This document shows, piece by piece, positions 14,712 to 27,954 of a stretch of 64,000 nt of DNA (its first letter is position 1; each line of letters opens with the position of its first letter). The notes under the pieces were generated by a model that was not told the origin of the DNA, ran no database searches, and was given only the letters and a program-made list of their open reading frames with translations. The position numbers and the translations under genes are program-made. The stretch lies in assembly GCA_910592345.1 (NCBI GenBank), contig CAJVPI010000001.1, positions 62,001 through 126,000 on the forward strand. Reading direction: 5' to 3'. The stretch is from Paraglomus brasilianum. Its lineage: Eukaryota.

Positions 14712-16315
14712 TCATTCGTCCAATATTTTTAGGACTTCCTCAATTTTAGCTAATTGTTCTCGCGGTTTGCCCTTTTGTTGTCCAAGCTAGCTTCCAGTCC
14801 TTGTAGGAGACTGTCCCAATACAAGTGAGTCTCGATATAACGACATCTTGTTATAACGACAGAAATCGTAGAACAAAAAATCCATGTTGCTTAGTTGCTA
14901 ATTCTTGATATAGTGATCATTTGGGTTGGAACCGAGCGTGTCGTTATATCGAGCGTCGTACATTGTTGCTGCTATTACGCCTGTAGCGCCGCGTTTCAGC
15001 CAGGTCGCGGCGTACATTCCCGGTAACTTATTGACAATGCATTGAAGACAGTAAGTAGGTTTCAGCGATTTTCCAGACCAATGAGCTTTCTAATTCAATC
15101 TCACCTCTTTCCCATCCGAGTCTGTGATTTCCCCTCTCGTTATTAACCAGGCCACAGCCCTTATCAAACGGAATACCTCAACTGGAAGACTTCTATAACA
15201 AACACTCTTAGTTACTAACCGGTTTCTATGGTCTCTATTTCAGGTATTGCAACGGACGAACGGACGTCTCCCTCGAGTTTATTCACGCTAAATTCCACTG
15301 CCTTCACATACAAATAGTGTGTGAAAATCATTGCCACCAACGAAGGCGGTTGGGCTTTGTAGAAATTTGAGAGTCCAAGACTTATCGCCCTCTACATTGT
15401 AGATACGAGAATCCGAGTCATGATTGGAGAAATCTTCTTTCAATAAGCCTATATCAGTATGAAATCGGGTATTCGGTAGCTAAAACATCTCTCGAAGCTC
15501 CTTTGCTGAAAGATATCTAGACAAATAAAACAGTTTGTAGATCGGTAAGGCCATAGAACTTAATATTTGATCTTGCAAACTATGTAAATCCTATGCTTAC
15601 TTGTAAAGGACCACGCCGACCAACAAGTATAACGTTTTTTATCTTACTCCGCTTGAGCGTTTCCAGAGCATGGCTCTGCTAAATCCGTTGTGCTTAATGT
15701 AGAAACGTCCATCAACAATATTCGTGCCACATCCAAAGCGACGTTCCCATATCCAATTACAACAATCGCTGTATCCATTCAAGTTGCAGATTGTAGCCCT
15801 AAAACAAATAATTATACAGCCTACAAAGTCTCTAGCAGATAAATCATACTTCAGTAATCCGTCGCCGCCTTTGATTCCCAATTTCTTTCCGCACTTGCTC
15901 CATATGATAGGACGATTGCGTTCATAATGCGGCTTTGATTCAGCAACAGAGATGTCCATACATTACCAACAAATTGGAATACGAGGATCACTGGCAACTT
16001 TATCGAATTTATGCTGTAACGTTCTAATCAATTGTTACCGACTACTGTTACCGATTAGCCGTTGCAATAAAAATAGGCCAGAAAGCGCTATAAGATATCT
16101 TGACTTCTGGGTGATCAGGTGCTACGCCATATCTGACAAGACCAAATGGTATGGGAAGCGCCTCGTACATGTCTATCAAAGCGAACGGGTAGTCTTTCAT
16201 GACGCGATGAGCCGTGTAGAATCCAGCTGGTCCACTTCCTATGATCGCGAGCTTAATGTGGCAACTGGAGCGATAACTACTGACCTCGAGTGTGTGTAAG
16301 CGCGCAACGAAGCAT
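14712..16315 (-). pseudogene. ARH1: NADPH:adrenodoxin (ferredoxin) oxidoreductase pseudogene
   Basis: Fragments in correct order: IIGSGPAGFYTAH..DMYEALPIPFGLVRYGVAPDHPEVK, LSARDFVG, VVIGYGNVALDVARILL, VILVGRRGPLQ, AKELREM, LPGMYAATWLKRGATGVIAATMYDA, VSYKDW..KPREQL..LDE*. There are multiple frameshifts and stops, the donor after EVK reads AT instead of GT, introns are retained, and a MITE sits in the last exon. Confidence 0.9.
14820..14953. mobile_element. pogo/Tigger-like MITE (family A), one TIR truncated, inserted in ARH1 pseudogene
   Basis: TA + CAAGTGAGTCTCGATATAACGAC ... GTCGTTATATCGAG. The internal TTGGAACCGAGCGTG segment is shared with 41205-41408. Confidence 0.7.
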
Positions 16316-16550
16316 AGCTAGTAACTCTTAAGATTTCACGTTTCGGAATGCTAGATTCCGTGAGTAGGCGACGGATAACAGTGCAAACATTCCAATATGC
16401 TTTTCAGAAAAGGTTTGTCGTGCCAAGCTACGCAATGCCGGTTGTTGACTTGGGAGGTTATAAACTGGCCAAGACCAAATTGAGCTGGAATATCACCCAA
16501 AGTAACAATAGTTAATTGAACCATTCTTTTCTGTTTGGCTACCATAACAC

Positions 16551-17265
16551 CTCCTTGAAATCAAAGTCTCACAAAGGCCATTAGCACTTCGATGTTTGAA
16601 GGTTTAGGGAGAAAGTCCCCCAATACTGTCTTGTTTAATCGTAGATTTCAAGAAACCAGCGAGACTTGTTTCCCTATTGACAGACGGATCGTCGTAAATG
16701 ACACCATTCGCTATTAGGGCAAAGAGTTATACTATTGTAAATTAAAACTAATTACTAACCTTCCAAGAACTCGAGACCTGCTTTGGGGTTCTTTAAATTT
16801 CGCCGCTCCAACAATATTTGCTTCCATTTTCTCCTTTCTAATAAATAGCTCAACAGGCGAAGGGTACACCTGGTAGCAGTTGCAATTTCAAGAAAACAAA
16901 CCTATTAGCACAAGAATGAGGCTCACACAAGTCCAATTAAAAAAAAAAAACCACAAGTACCGATGGCAGACAGTTCTTTCCGTGAGAATCCTGAGTTTGA
17001 GGATTTTTCTAATATAGATCACCAAATATTATCGCACAAACATTCTAAACATACCTCAATTTGGGTAGTCGATCAAAAAAAAAAAAAACGGTTTCCCACT
17101 TCCAATAATATTTTTCCTGTTTTTACCCACTAATACTAAATCAGTTATAGAATGTACTCTGCTTAAAAACGCGACGTCTTCGAATAGATTACTACAATCA
17201 ACATTGAAGCTCGTAACAAAATTTGTATTGCCGATATACTTTGAGCAAATACTCCCCCATGTTCT
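16551..17265 (-). pseudogene. GEA2: Internal fragment of a GBF1/Gea-type Arf-GEF (region just before, and start of, the Sec7 domain)
   Basis: VDCSNLFEDVAFLSR, YPSPVEL..RK, GAAKF..PKAGLEFLE, intron, NGVIYDDPSVNRETSLAGFLKST.LNKTVLGDFLPKPSNIEVLMAFVRL.DF. Frameshifted and truncated on both sides. Confidence 0.75.
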
Positions 17266-18210
17266 TTAATATTCACTGGATAAACTAGATTCCGAAGTAG
17301 CAAAGAAGTTCAGGATGCACTCAATTCTCATTTTCGGACAGCAATAACGGACTTTTCCTTTGGCACTGTTGCTCCTCAGGTAGAAATCACAGATATAACA
17401 GATCCCTTCCCCGAGTTTTTTATCTTCCCGACGAGGAAGTATTCTTGGAAAATGGTAGCTCAGTAGCTGGGGATTTCTTGTATTATAGTGATGTATATGA
17501 AGAATGAAGTAAAGCAGGATACGGATGCGCAAATGCGTGTAGAGATGAAATATGAGGGAGGTATGAGAATGAACTACACGAGTTTAATGTTTATGAGTTT
17601 GCCCATGAGATTGGGCGTAACAGGATTCAGCTTTCATGGTAAGAACATGAGGATTACAAATTGATTAAAGCTAGTTTACGTGGTAAACGTATATCTCCTA
17701 ATTGATGATCTTTTATAGCAACTGCAGTAATAACTTATCTTCAGCGATGAATAAACTTTTGTTTCCTTGAACCCAAGACTCCAAACGAAAGGTCACTACT
17801 ATCTTAACAGCAGTTGCGCATTATCATTATTCGATTTGATCTGAATGTGGTTTTGTTGCTCAAAGACGTCCACATAGAATCAGAAGTCGGCCATAAAGAA
17901 AAGCAAGGTTACTATTATACGGGTAATGTGCATTCTTTCTCAAGAACTTAATGCACGAATATTAATACTTTTCTCTGCAAACAGTTCTCAAAAATGTTGG
18001 CAAAGAAAGATTTATCGTAGAATTTGATCGATGAGGAATTTAAGCAAGACAAAACGGTTACTATCAAAAATTTTTTATTTTGATTTTTTATATCAAAACC
18101 CATACAAGAGAAACGCAAGCGATATTGTTGCGTGTATATGTAACGTTCCGTGATAAAGCAAATGTTTATATTGTTCTATTTCGTAAAGAGATACTATTCC
18201 TAATATTTAA

Positions 18211-21200
18211 TCATGTCGATGTATTCATAGTAGATCTAGCTATGTCACACAGATAGTCGTCAACTGTCCACGGGAAGGACATCATGTTCTCATTACGATA
18301 ATCACCTCTCTCGTGATGATGGTAAGTAACATAATACCAAGCACAGGCCTTAGCTTCCAGTTTGCTCTTAATATCCACCTGGTTTTTAGCCTCGGCTGCT
18401 GATTTTATAGAATATTCGGCAAAGATGTCCTTCTCAAATTTTTGGCGATAATTACGTCGAATCCCTGCCATCACTTCACTGACCGCTCTCTGTATTTCAC
18501 GCAGCTTCTTACGCTCCATCTTTACGACAGCGTTGAATATGAATCCACTGACAACCTCGTATTCTGTCATAACACCATATTGATTCATCAGACCGCGTAC
18601 GTCTGCATCATATGCACGTTTCGTAACACGAGCGTCTTCCACATAGAGTTCATAGCCATCCACTAATAAACGTCGATCAAATTTAATGAATCTATCTGCT
18701 GCTGGATTAAAATGATCACTTGGAAGTTGTATAGATCGGTACAGTTTTCCAAGAATCTTTTGAGATGCATAAGATTGCTTATCCATTTTATCCATAAAAT
18801 TCGGATATTCGCTTACACGCAGTTCCTTTGGAAAATCAACAGGGACACCAGTTTTAGGAAAGTCCACAGCTTCAGAATGTAACTGTGCCAGTCGTAAACA
18901 GCCCCCATGCATAGCACCTACTGATTCTTTATCCGCTTTTGCCATGTGAGCATTTGCTAATTGTGCGAGATTGTCATAGTGAATGTAGTTCACAAAGAAC
19001 TTTTTGATATGATTAACTGTAACCGCCTCCACAGGATGTGGCTCTGGTGCTTGATATTCCATTGGTGGAAATTTCTTTATTGGTGGGATTAATCTTCTAT
19101 CCCAAATCACCGTGAAGTCGTCTCCATCCATGTCACCCCCACTACACATGCTTGGTAAATCCCTAAAACCGTTTGCGGGAAATACCAACACATCAACTAA
19201 ATGGTTGAGTTCCGGACATTTAACTGCCGTAACTACCCTTATACCTCCAGGGTGGAAACAAGGATTACGGAACACTATACAAGTGCCAGTTACCACATTG
19301 CTCACAGAAGGGTTATTTGGGTTTGAGAGACATAAATATATTTCATCTTCTTTCAGTGAATTGGTCTCATCCATCACCCCTAAAAGGAAGGCTCCGTTTT
19401 CGACAAATATTTTCGCTTTATTTTTGAGATCATGAAGACGTGATAAACGAAACAGCGATAATAATTTGGCTAACCAAGGGTCCTGTTGTCGCATAAAGCC
19501 CGCTTTGACCATATCAGCTAATCGACGTGAGAGACCCCATTCGTCAATATACCGTAACAATACTCGCATAGCACTATGTTCGTTTTGTAGCATTCGGTCG
19601 AGATCGTTTGCTTCTGAATTTCTCATATTCACGAACGTTGAATCAGGAACTTTAAGGGTGGATAAGAGCGTAATAGCCTGCCTGTTCAAATATGCAGGCA
19701 AAAATGTTGACGCCCTTATTACTTCCAGCTCCGTATGTGGCGAATCAAACTTGCGCTGACTCGGCCGCACCTGGATTTGCTTTCCCCGGACATTCGGCGA
19801 CATGCATAAAACACCCTCGTATCCACCAAGACGGAATTGGACAGCAGAAGGAACGCTTTTTAAATCAAGAACTTCGGCAATTTGTTGGCATAGCGCTTGT
19901 GAGATCTTGCCACAACCATCGGAGAAATTGTATCCGTTTCGCGTAATGTCATTGATGAATTGAATATCGTTCACAGGTAAATGAGTCACGGCGCGAGTAC
20001 TTGAAAAGCATTGTCCCATGCATGTAGCGTATTTTGCCACTGCTTTGATGTCACTTAAATTCCCCATCCAATTGCGTATGTCATCAGCCCTTAATTCCTC
20101 TGTAGGGGCAAAGAACAAGCAAGAATGATCCCGCAGCTGGCTTGAAGAGAAGGCCAAAAATTCGTATTTCCTATTTCCAATCTGAATCCCGTTCACGAGA
20201 GTACGGTGAATCCGATTGAGGGTCGATATATGGTTATCTCCATTTGACGATGTAAGCTTTCCATTTTCGTCATTGAATTGGACCCTTAGGAAACGTTCCT
20301 TGTGGTCTTCAAAATACCTTATGGTCCTATTGCTTGTCTCCATAGTTGGCGGTAATATATACATTTTAGAAGGGGTGATAACAACTTTTCGCATCTTGAC
20401 ACAGTACGAGGGTACCGTCTCTTGCCGACTGTCACCGCCTTGAAGCTTCGCAACTTCAAACATCAAGTGAGAAAGAGGATCATAAAGTCTCTGTTTACGT
20501 TGATGGAAGTTATCTAAAATGGTAAGAGCTGTCTCTTTCTTTTGTTGAGCAAGCAAGTCCATGAATTCGTCATTGAGATTGTAATCATGTAAGTAACCAT
20601 GCGTAATATTACATTCCAACATATAAAGTACATCAAAGTCCAGCATTGACCTATCAACATATTTTTTCAGGTTGCTTCCATCAGCCGTCGTTATGTATCT
20701 GGAAAACATGGCTTTCCTTGATACAAGATTGTAATCAGCAGCTTTGAAAAACATTTCTTTAAGTTTGTTGAATCCTTTATTCTGGTCAAAAATGAACGTA
20801 ATCCTGTACGCGAACCATCTTCCAAATTCTTCACCTGTAGCGTTTGGATATGAAGGCATCGTCGGCTGTTGCATCTCTTCGTCGCTAGGCTTCCCTACCC
20901 GGAGGGCCGTCATCCTCATCCAACAATCCATCAAATTCCATTCAAATTGATTTCTCATCCCAAGTTTCTCGTCCAGGAAGTATAGTTTTGGCGGAAATTT
21001 GGTTCGTATTGTAGTTACCGCACGCGTTTGATTCTTCTTTGTATCGAGTTCTGTATGGAACTCACCCTCGACGTCGTCGAAATAAGTTTCCAATCGGAAT
21101 CTATACGTCTTACTTCTGTTCGCTTTAGTGAAACCAAATTCAGTTTCAAAGCTGCGCCTTGCGTAATTCAACTTGAACTTTATGTCGTTGTCTGTTTCCC

Positions 21201-21741
21201 ACTCTCTAACAAAGGTGTTCACTTTAAAGAACACACCCATTTCCAAAGACTTGGCCGATAGGAAATCTTGACTTCCGCGTTCTCTTGAGAAGTCTTGCCG
21301 GTCGTTTTCAGGATTGAGAATCTCTATCCGCAATTGCTTGCCATGAAATCTTGGATTCTGTTTCCAAAACTTCGTTTCTGGCGGAGGTCTTTAGTAACGA
21401 GAAAACAGTATAAATTATATTATTATTCATATTGTTACTCAAGTCAGTCAAACATACGTATTTAATTAACACGAAACTTACCTGTAAACAAGGTATACTG
21501 TCCCAGTGAAGACAGTAGTATCTGATTCTCTCGTGTCCATGATGATTTTATGCAAATGGCCGTAACCGGAGAAGAACCCTCTTAATTCAGCCAAACTAGC
21601 ATTAGGCTGGAGGTCACTTACTCGTAGGTCTAGACCATCATATCCACTATCATGTCCGCCGCGACCACTATCGTATCCACCGCGACCGTTGTCATATCCA
21701 TCACCGCGGCAGGGAAAACTGCTGTAGTTGCTTGGCATCAT
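18211..21741 (-). CDS. Cellular (RNAi) RNA-dependent RNA polymerase, RDRalpha/SAD-1-like, with N-terminal RGG repeats and RRM; 2 exons, ~1145 aa
   Basis: Exon 1 is 21741-21482 (MMPSN...RGGYDSGRGG...LRVSDL...ELRGFFSGYGHL, RRM-like). A 93-nt GTAAGT..AAG intron (21481-21389) is followed by exon 2 (21388-18211), which joins in frame (R-PPPETKFW...) to the 1040-aa ORF. Family motifs seen: ETSNRTIR, RFLRVQF, YEFLAFSSSQLR, MGQCFSST, FSDGCGKIS, QFRLGG, RPSQRKF, RNPC, CSGGDMDGDDF (19120-19134, DxDGD metal site), LHSEAVDFPKTG, AWYYVTY, SFPW. Confidence 0.96.
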
Positions 21742-22499
21742 CCTGGCTATATTATTCTAATTCAAGTGTTCGAACTGAAGTCTATGCCTTTAGCGTTATT
21801 GTTTCTGGTATTAAGTTAAGGTGCAAAGGCGACAGTCGCGTAGTTTAACTGTGCTGGTTGTGGCTAATGTGGTTGGGGAAGTCACAAGACGGTTTTGTTT
21901 GAAGCAAAACTTAGAATGTATTGACTTCTCTTGGTATATTTTTTGAATGTGTGATGTACAGCTTAAGAGTTTTTAGACCAAGTGTCCACCATAATTTGGT
22001 CTTCCTAGTCGCATCATCATAATAATAATAATCATTATTGGTGGAACCACGGATTCCAAATAAAGAACGCGCGTTGACGTTGACCAAGGTGACCTTTTTT
22101 TTCAATTCACGTGCTGTCTATTACCCAATGAGAATGGCATTAAAAACTTTTACCCCGGTAAATTCCAGTTATTCGCGTCATGCTAGTGTGTGGAGTTGGT
22201 CATTTTCACTAGTGACATCCTGACTATCTTCTGCTTCATAACAATAATATTTTGGTCCGCAGCGAAATACCGCCATTCAATCCATAATCGACATACACCT
22301 ATACAAACGGAATAACCAGGTCATTAGCATCTTAATTAGATTATTTATGAAGCTGTGGACAGACTAACAATTCAGTGTACAAACACATAGACCTGCGTTG
22401 GCTTAGTTAGCTGCTACTCATTACTTGTTGCGTATTTGTTGCTTAATTGTTTAATTAACCCTTAACTCAAACACTAACCGATATATCTACTCTAATCAC

Positions 22500-23720
22500 A
22501 GAGCTTAAGTGAAATTGTTGCTGTTACGACTATGCCGCTCAATTCGATGATCATCTCGCAAGGCGTTCACCAGTATGTGAGCTAATTACTATGTCTTATT
22601 ATTACATCTGTAATTTGAACTTGACTAACTGGCTTCTACAAGATATCAGATGGCTAAGAGAGCAGGAGTACAATCCCGCTGACAAGTACTATTTCATTGT
22701 GTGTGCCACCATTCGTATGGCGATTATTACCATCTTACGAGTATTGGCAGAGGCTCTAGAAATTCCTCTCTGACTTCTTTAGATCTTAGTTTGAATCAGA
22801 ATAGAGATACAGAAGCAAGCAAGCATTGACAAAGGCTTTAAGCCAAATTTCTCTGACTTCTAATAATCCAGGAGAATTATTATTCAGATTAACCGAGGGA
22901 AAAGCCGTAAGTTTGATTGAAGCCAACTGCAAATTAAAACGTAATTCAATAATTCAATGACTTATATTTGCTTCCCAGTTATCAAATTGCTTCCCATTTA
23001 ATAAGCATATCAACATCTCAAGAGTGTGGCAGGACAAATAAGGATACTGGTGCAAGGCAATTTTGCAGGAAATGCTCACGGAGATGTAGAGATATTCACA
23101 TATAAAACCTGGAGAGCAAATAGAATCTATTTTGTTTATTGCTACACCATCGACTGGAGGTACTTATTAATAGTTTACCAACAAATCGCGTCTTTTTTTG
23201 TGTGTTCAAATTGATGAATCCCATTAGTAACACTCGTGCTTACTTAATGTTATACATTTATTCGCTTTTTGAAACTAGCTCCAATAACCCACTTATGCTT
23301 ACCGACAACGCATTTCTTCGGTACACTCACTGTCGGACACGGATCCAAGATTTCCATACCACATTATGCTGTCGTTAACCTGACGCCATAGACAACGCTA
23401 TGGCTCCATACGCGGTGACGCATAAACGACAATGCAAAGAAGATATTGAACAAGTTGGTTCTGATTTAGATTATCAGGAATGATGTTGATAGCACGGAAT
23501 ATATTGCTGCTGCCACAATTACGACCGACTTTACAGCGGCCTCATCCCAGAGAAACGCATCTATGCCGGTATTACTGAGTTTGCTGTATTACTTAATTCT
23601 TGGATTACCTCTTGAACAACAATTTTTGGATGTTTCACCGCTCAAGGAGCACTATTAAGAAACCAGTCAGTCAACAGGCGCATAATTTACGGAACTATGA
23701 GAACAATACGATTGGAAGAG
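22500..23720 (+). pseudogene. Unidentified degenerate multi-exon gene relic
   Basis: Several GTGAGC/GTAAGT..YAG introns with CTAAC branch sites separate coding-like blocks that contain stops (e.g. RYRSKQALTKALSQISLTSNNPGELLFRLTEGKA). Family not recognised. Confidence 0.3.
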
Positions 23721-25867
23721 GAAGTAATACTCAAAAGTATTCCTTTTATCTCTATTATGTCTCTCGAGCTTTCTCTGCTCCTTTCTTCGCCATCATCCAC
23801 CGAAGCAAATTATACTTATATTAGATTGACTAACATCTAATCAACACATGGGACGATGGCCCTTCCCTACCACAGCGTGCGTCAGCCGTAAGGCTGGGGT
23901 GTGAAGCCAATGGGACAAAGTAACTGCGATCTAGAAAGTCTGATTTATACATTTTCAATTGTTGAGTTGAGACGAACGGACGGATTGGAGAAGAAAATAA
24001 TGCTATGAAGCGGCCGAGAAGGCTATGTAGGCTTTCGGTTATTTACTCTTTTAGCAACAAATATCGTTATAACACGACGAAAATCTTAATTAGAAAGTCA
24101 ATTGAAGCATGGTTACAAAACCAACAATCAGCTTGTTATGGAAGCGCCTACTGTTAGACACAAACGGTTCATTTTCAGCAAGTTAAGTTTTCGTCAGCTG
24201 GGTAGACGCTAAGCGTAAAACACGTGAGAGGTTAAAAGAAATGAAAGTAAAAGAGTTGAAGTTCTTTCAAGAGTTATGGAAGGTAAGATGAGGGCAAATA
24301 AAGCACAAGAAAGTGAAGGGGTGACGGCAGAGATGAGAGAAATTACAATCGTTTCGTGGGGAGAATGGATCAGAGGATAGCGAGGAAGAATATGGGGAAG
24401 GTAGTGACAAAGAGCTCGATGAAATATCAATGGATGCTTCCATTCTTTTGCCTTACTTCTTTCCACTCACCCTCTTTCTCTGTGTGATCTTTATAGCAAT
24501 ATCAACACCAAATCCGGTCCGCACTCTACAGCCTCATCTTCTTCAATTTAGACAATATGGCATGCCACCGCTGGCAGATGGGCCAGGTCGGGATCGAGGG
24601 CAATGACAACGCTAATTATGACAACGTAAGCAACGAGACCAACAATGCAATCACACTTGGCTCTGCAAGTCAGAGTAAGCGCAGGATTGATGATGAAGTA
24701 AGTGGAAGTGATACCAATGTATGCGGGAAAAGTGAGTGCTAAAAAAAGTCGAACGTGTTAGACAAAAAATATGGAGATATGGGGAAGATATATAAATTGG
24801 GTTTTATATAAAAGGTTCATTGCTAGATTGCTTTTATAACATGGCATTCTTTTTATCTCTATTAAGATCTGATCAATTTTAAACTCTGCAAATATTTTCA
24901 ATACCCTCCCCCGTTTAATCAAGTGGTTCTTACATAACAAAAAAAAAAACGTCTTCTCTCTCACATCGATACACACCTGCTTTACACGCTCCTTGTTAGC
25001 GGTGCGATAATTTTTGCATTATTATATCATTTGTGTAATAAATTTATTGGAAATGAAAAGAATTGTGAAATGCCGCGAAAATTCGATAATGAATAGATGA
25101 ACGAAAAGGAATATATATAAACTCTTTGAACGAGCTAGTGTATAAAAGGAGGAATATTGACTCTTTATTACAATAAAAGTTGACCGCGCTTAATGCATGG
25201 CTACATTGTAAGAAAAACACGACAGAGAAAGGCAAAAAGCCATTTCTTAATTAGCAATCAAATTAAGTAAAGATAATGCAGAAGAAAAGCGAAAAGTATT
25301 AGAACAAGCAAATAAGGACTTTGTGGTATCGTTGTTCGATAATCGTCCGTAAACTCAAAAGCAGGTTGTGTGAATAACGACTGTGGTGGATTCTTGAATC
25401 GACTGTACAGAGCTAAGGAAGTTATAAGTAATGACTTGCTTGAAGCCAATACTTACGCTCAAAAATAACTAAAACAAGGCGAGTATTGAAGAGATAGAAA
25501 AAGTTCGATCAAACACGAACTTAAATTACTAGTAACGCTTTAACCAAAAGCGCGTTTTACGATTGTTCCTAATAACAACAAGATCTCGGAATGCTTTTAC
25601 GCACATCTACAATTCTTAATACGATCGACTTAATCGATGTTCGCGTAGGGCGAATAATCCCGTTCCAGAAATGATTGGATTTTTTAGCAGGTTCTCGTCT
25701 GCAAATTTCCGTGCGATAGGATTGCAGTTGTCAGATACACTGCTCTTTCTTCACACCCTCATTTTATTTGCTCCTTAGAGACTGTTTAAGTTCTTGGGGA
25801 TTAATATCGCGAGGAATTAATAATCTTTCCCGCAAAATTCTCCTGGATGAATTACGCTGCTATCAAT

Positions 25868-27529
25868 TCATCTCGTAGTTCCTCGTGTTGCCGGCGGCAT
25901 AAACCGCATGCCAGCGTTAGACGGTCCAGAGAATGGCCCCCTGTTAGGTGCTAAAAGACAACCATAAATTTAATCTCGTGCCAGTAGTATTATTATTATG
26001 TCGATAATTTTGGTTTGTTTGCTTACCCTTTGAAGTTTGACCGTTGTTTCGAACTAGGGAGAATACCCATGTATACGCTTAACAGTCTGGCCATTATTTT
26101 GGATTGCAAATGGCATATCTAAATATTTTGGAGCAAGGGTTTTGGTGATCAAGCAAACGATATTGCTGATATTGCTGCATGAGCGTGACGTAACTAGACC
26201 TGAATATGAATTCCAGCTATGTGGTTGGTTCACGGGAACGTGCGAATTCAGGACTTGTCTTTACTTTGTCTGCACGCGTTTCCGTTTCAGCCATATTTGT
26301 CTGCAAATTCTGTACGACTGTTTCACCGTGTGCGTTGTGGTTGCCGTTGTGCTAGTGGTTGCTGTGTAGTCATCGATAAAAATAATAAATAGATTGTCTT
26401 CATAATTAATTAATAGCAATTTGCTGGAAGATGTTTTTACGTCATTTATCGCTCCTGATCTTCCGTTCCCGGTTGATGTATTTCTGGACATCGTAGGCAC
26501 CAACGTTCTACGTTTTAACTGGTCGTACATTGACTGCAATTATGGATAATAATAACACAATATCCGTTATAAGTACGACGGCATAATAAAAAATCTTTGC
26601 ATTCGAACTTGCCTGTAATTTTGTAAACTGCCGACCCTTTTCTTGGAGCTGATCGGAGATTTCAATATTATTTCGCTTTTCCAACTTCAACTCCTTTTTT
26701 AAAGCTTGGTGCGTGATCGAGATGGCAATTATAACATCGATATACGGACTAGTATATACAAAACACCCGCCTATTTATTCTTACCTGACAGCTTTTCTCT
26801 TAATGCTGTCGGATTGATTATAAGAAACCCAAGGTTAAAATTAATCTTATATCTAGCATATTAATTAAACAAATAACGACTATGGATTACCGCAAAACTT
26901 GTTTTTTGCTTCTCTGTTAAATGCTTTTCAAGCCTTCTTGTAAATCTCTATACATCATCTCTTGGAAACATGCTTCTTGGGTAGTCTGATAAGTCCAAAA
27001 AGAGAGCGCCCGCGTGGTGATTTCCATTATCATATCTGGACGAAGACCTGATAAATGGAATAATTTGTGCGTTGAGATTATGCTGCAGTATATCACTAAT
27101 ACTTTTTGTGAACATTGCATTATACGTACTAATTTATAGTCTTCGCCAGGATTAAGTTCTATAAAGACTATATCGTCACTGTATTTGTTATATTAAATTA
27201 GTTACAGACAAATAATGCAATTTCAAGAATAATAGCTATTAACCTACTTTTCAGTCTCGCAAGCAGGGCATACTAACGCTGAAGTAAATGCGCTGTTTGC
27301 ACAATTAACTAGAAATAACGCGTCAATATTTGAACAAAATATAGCCGTGTCTATTCGAGATATGTAAACAGTTGATACAGATACGTTTTAGTTTTATGCG
27401 TTCGCTACTTGTTATTCTGATTACTTATTCTATTTAACACGTACGTGAACATATAGTAACACAAGCCCTGCCTTCGGCATTGAGCAGCTTTCTACACTGC
27501 ACGACATTGTAACCTAATTCAGTTTCCAT
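25868..27529 (-). pseudogene. HEI10: HEI10/CCNB1IP1 meiotic RING E3 ligase pseudogene
   Basis: METELGYNVVQCRKLLNAEGRACVTICS / NCANSAFTSALVCPACET / DDIVFIELNPGEDYK / SGLRPDMIMEITTRALSFWTYQTTQEACFQE / LQEKGRQFTKLQ-SMYDQLKRR. The first RING Cys reads Tyr, the HIFC segment is missing, one acceptor is lost, and frameshifts follow the QE helix. One GC-AG intron (donor at 26612). Confidence 0.88.
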
Positions 27530-27902
27530 AATAAAATAAGGTGAGATAAAACGAGAGGAGAGAGGAGAGGGTATATATATATTCCTCACCTCATAATATT
27601 CGCAAGGTCGGCTTTAACGTGTAGCCATGTTGATTATGAGCATATCGGCATGCTTTTTACCGACAGCGTAATCGAAGCGCAAGTTATTTGCAATAACCGA
27701 ACAACCCCCATGGTGGTGAGGCTTATGTTATCGACTACTGCACGACAGAATGTCGACCGACTTGTTGGAGAGTATGGTATGTTACATATCGCAATTTGGG
27801 AGAGTTATTAAGCGTGTGAATTTTGACTTTCATTTTTATTGCAGATGATTTCCAAATTCGTGACATGTGGGAAAGTATTGATTAGATTACTATTACCTTT
27901 CT

Positions 27903-27954
27903 TATCTACCTTTCTATCTACCTTTCTATCTACCTTTCTATCTACCTTTCTATC
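27903..27954. repeat. 12-bp tandem repeat (TATCTACCTTTC x4)
   Basis: Read directly from the sequence. Confidence 0.9.

Noticed and set aside
18442..21261. Plus-strand ORFs overlapping the RdRP
   Set aside because: Antisense shadows of a long coding sequence; no independent coding evidence.
18211..21333. RdRP as an endogenous RNA-virus polymerase
   Set aside because: It has the DxDGD double-psi-barrel motifs, an RRM and a spliceosomal intron typical of cellular RNAi RdRPs, not viral palm motifs A-C.
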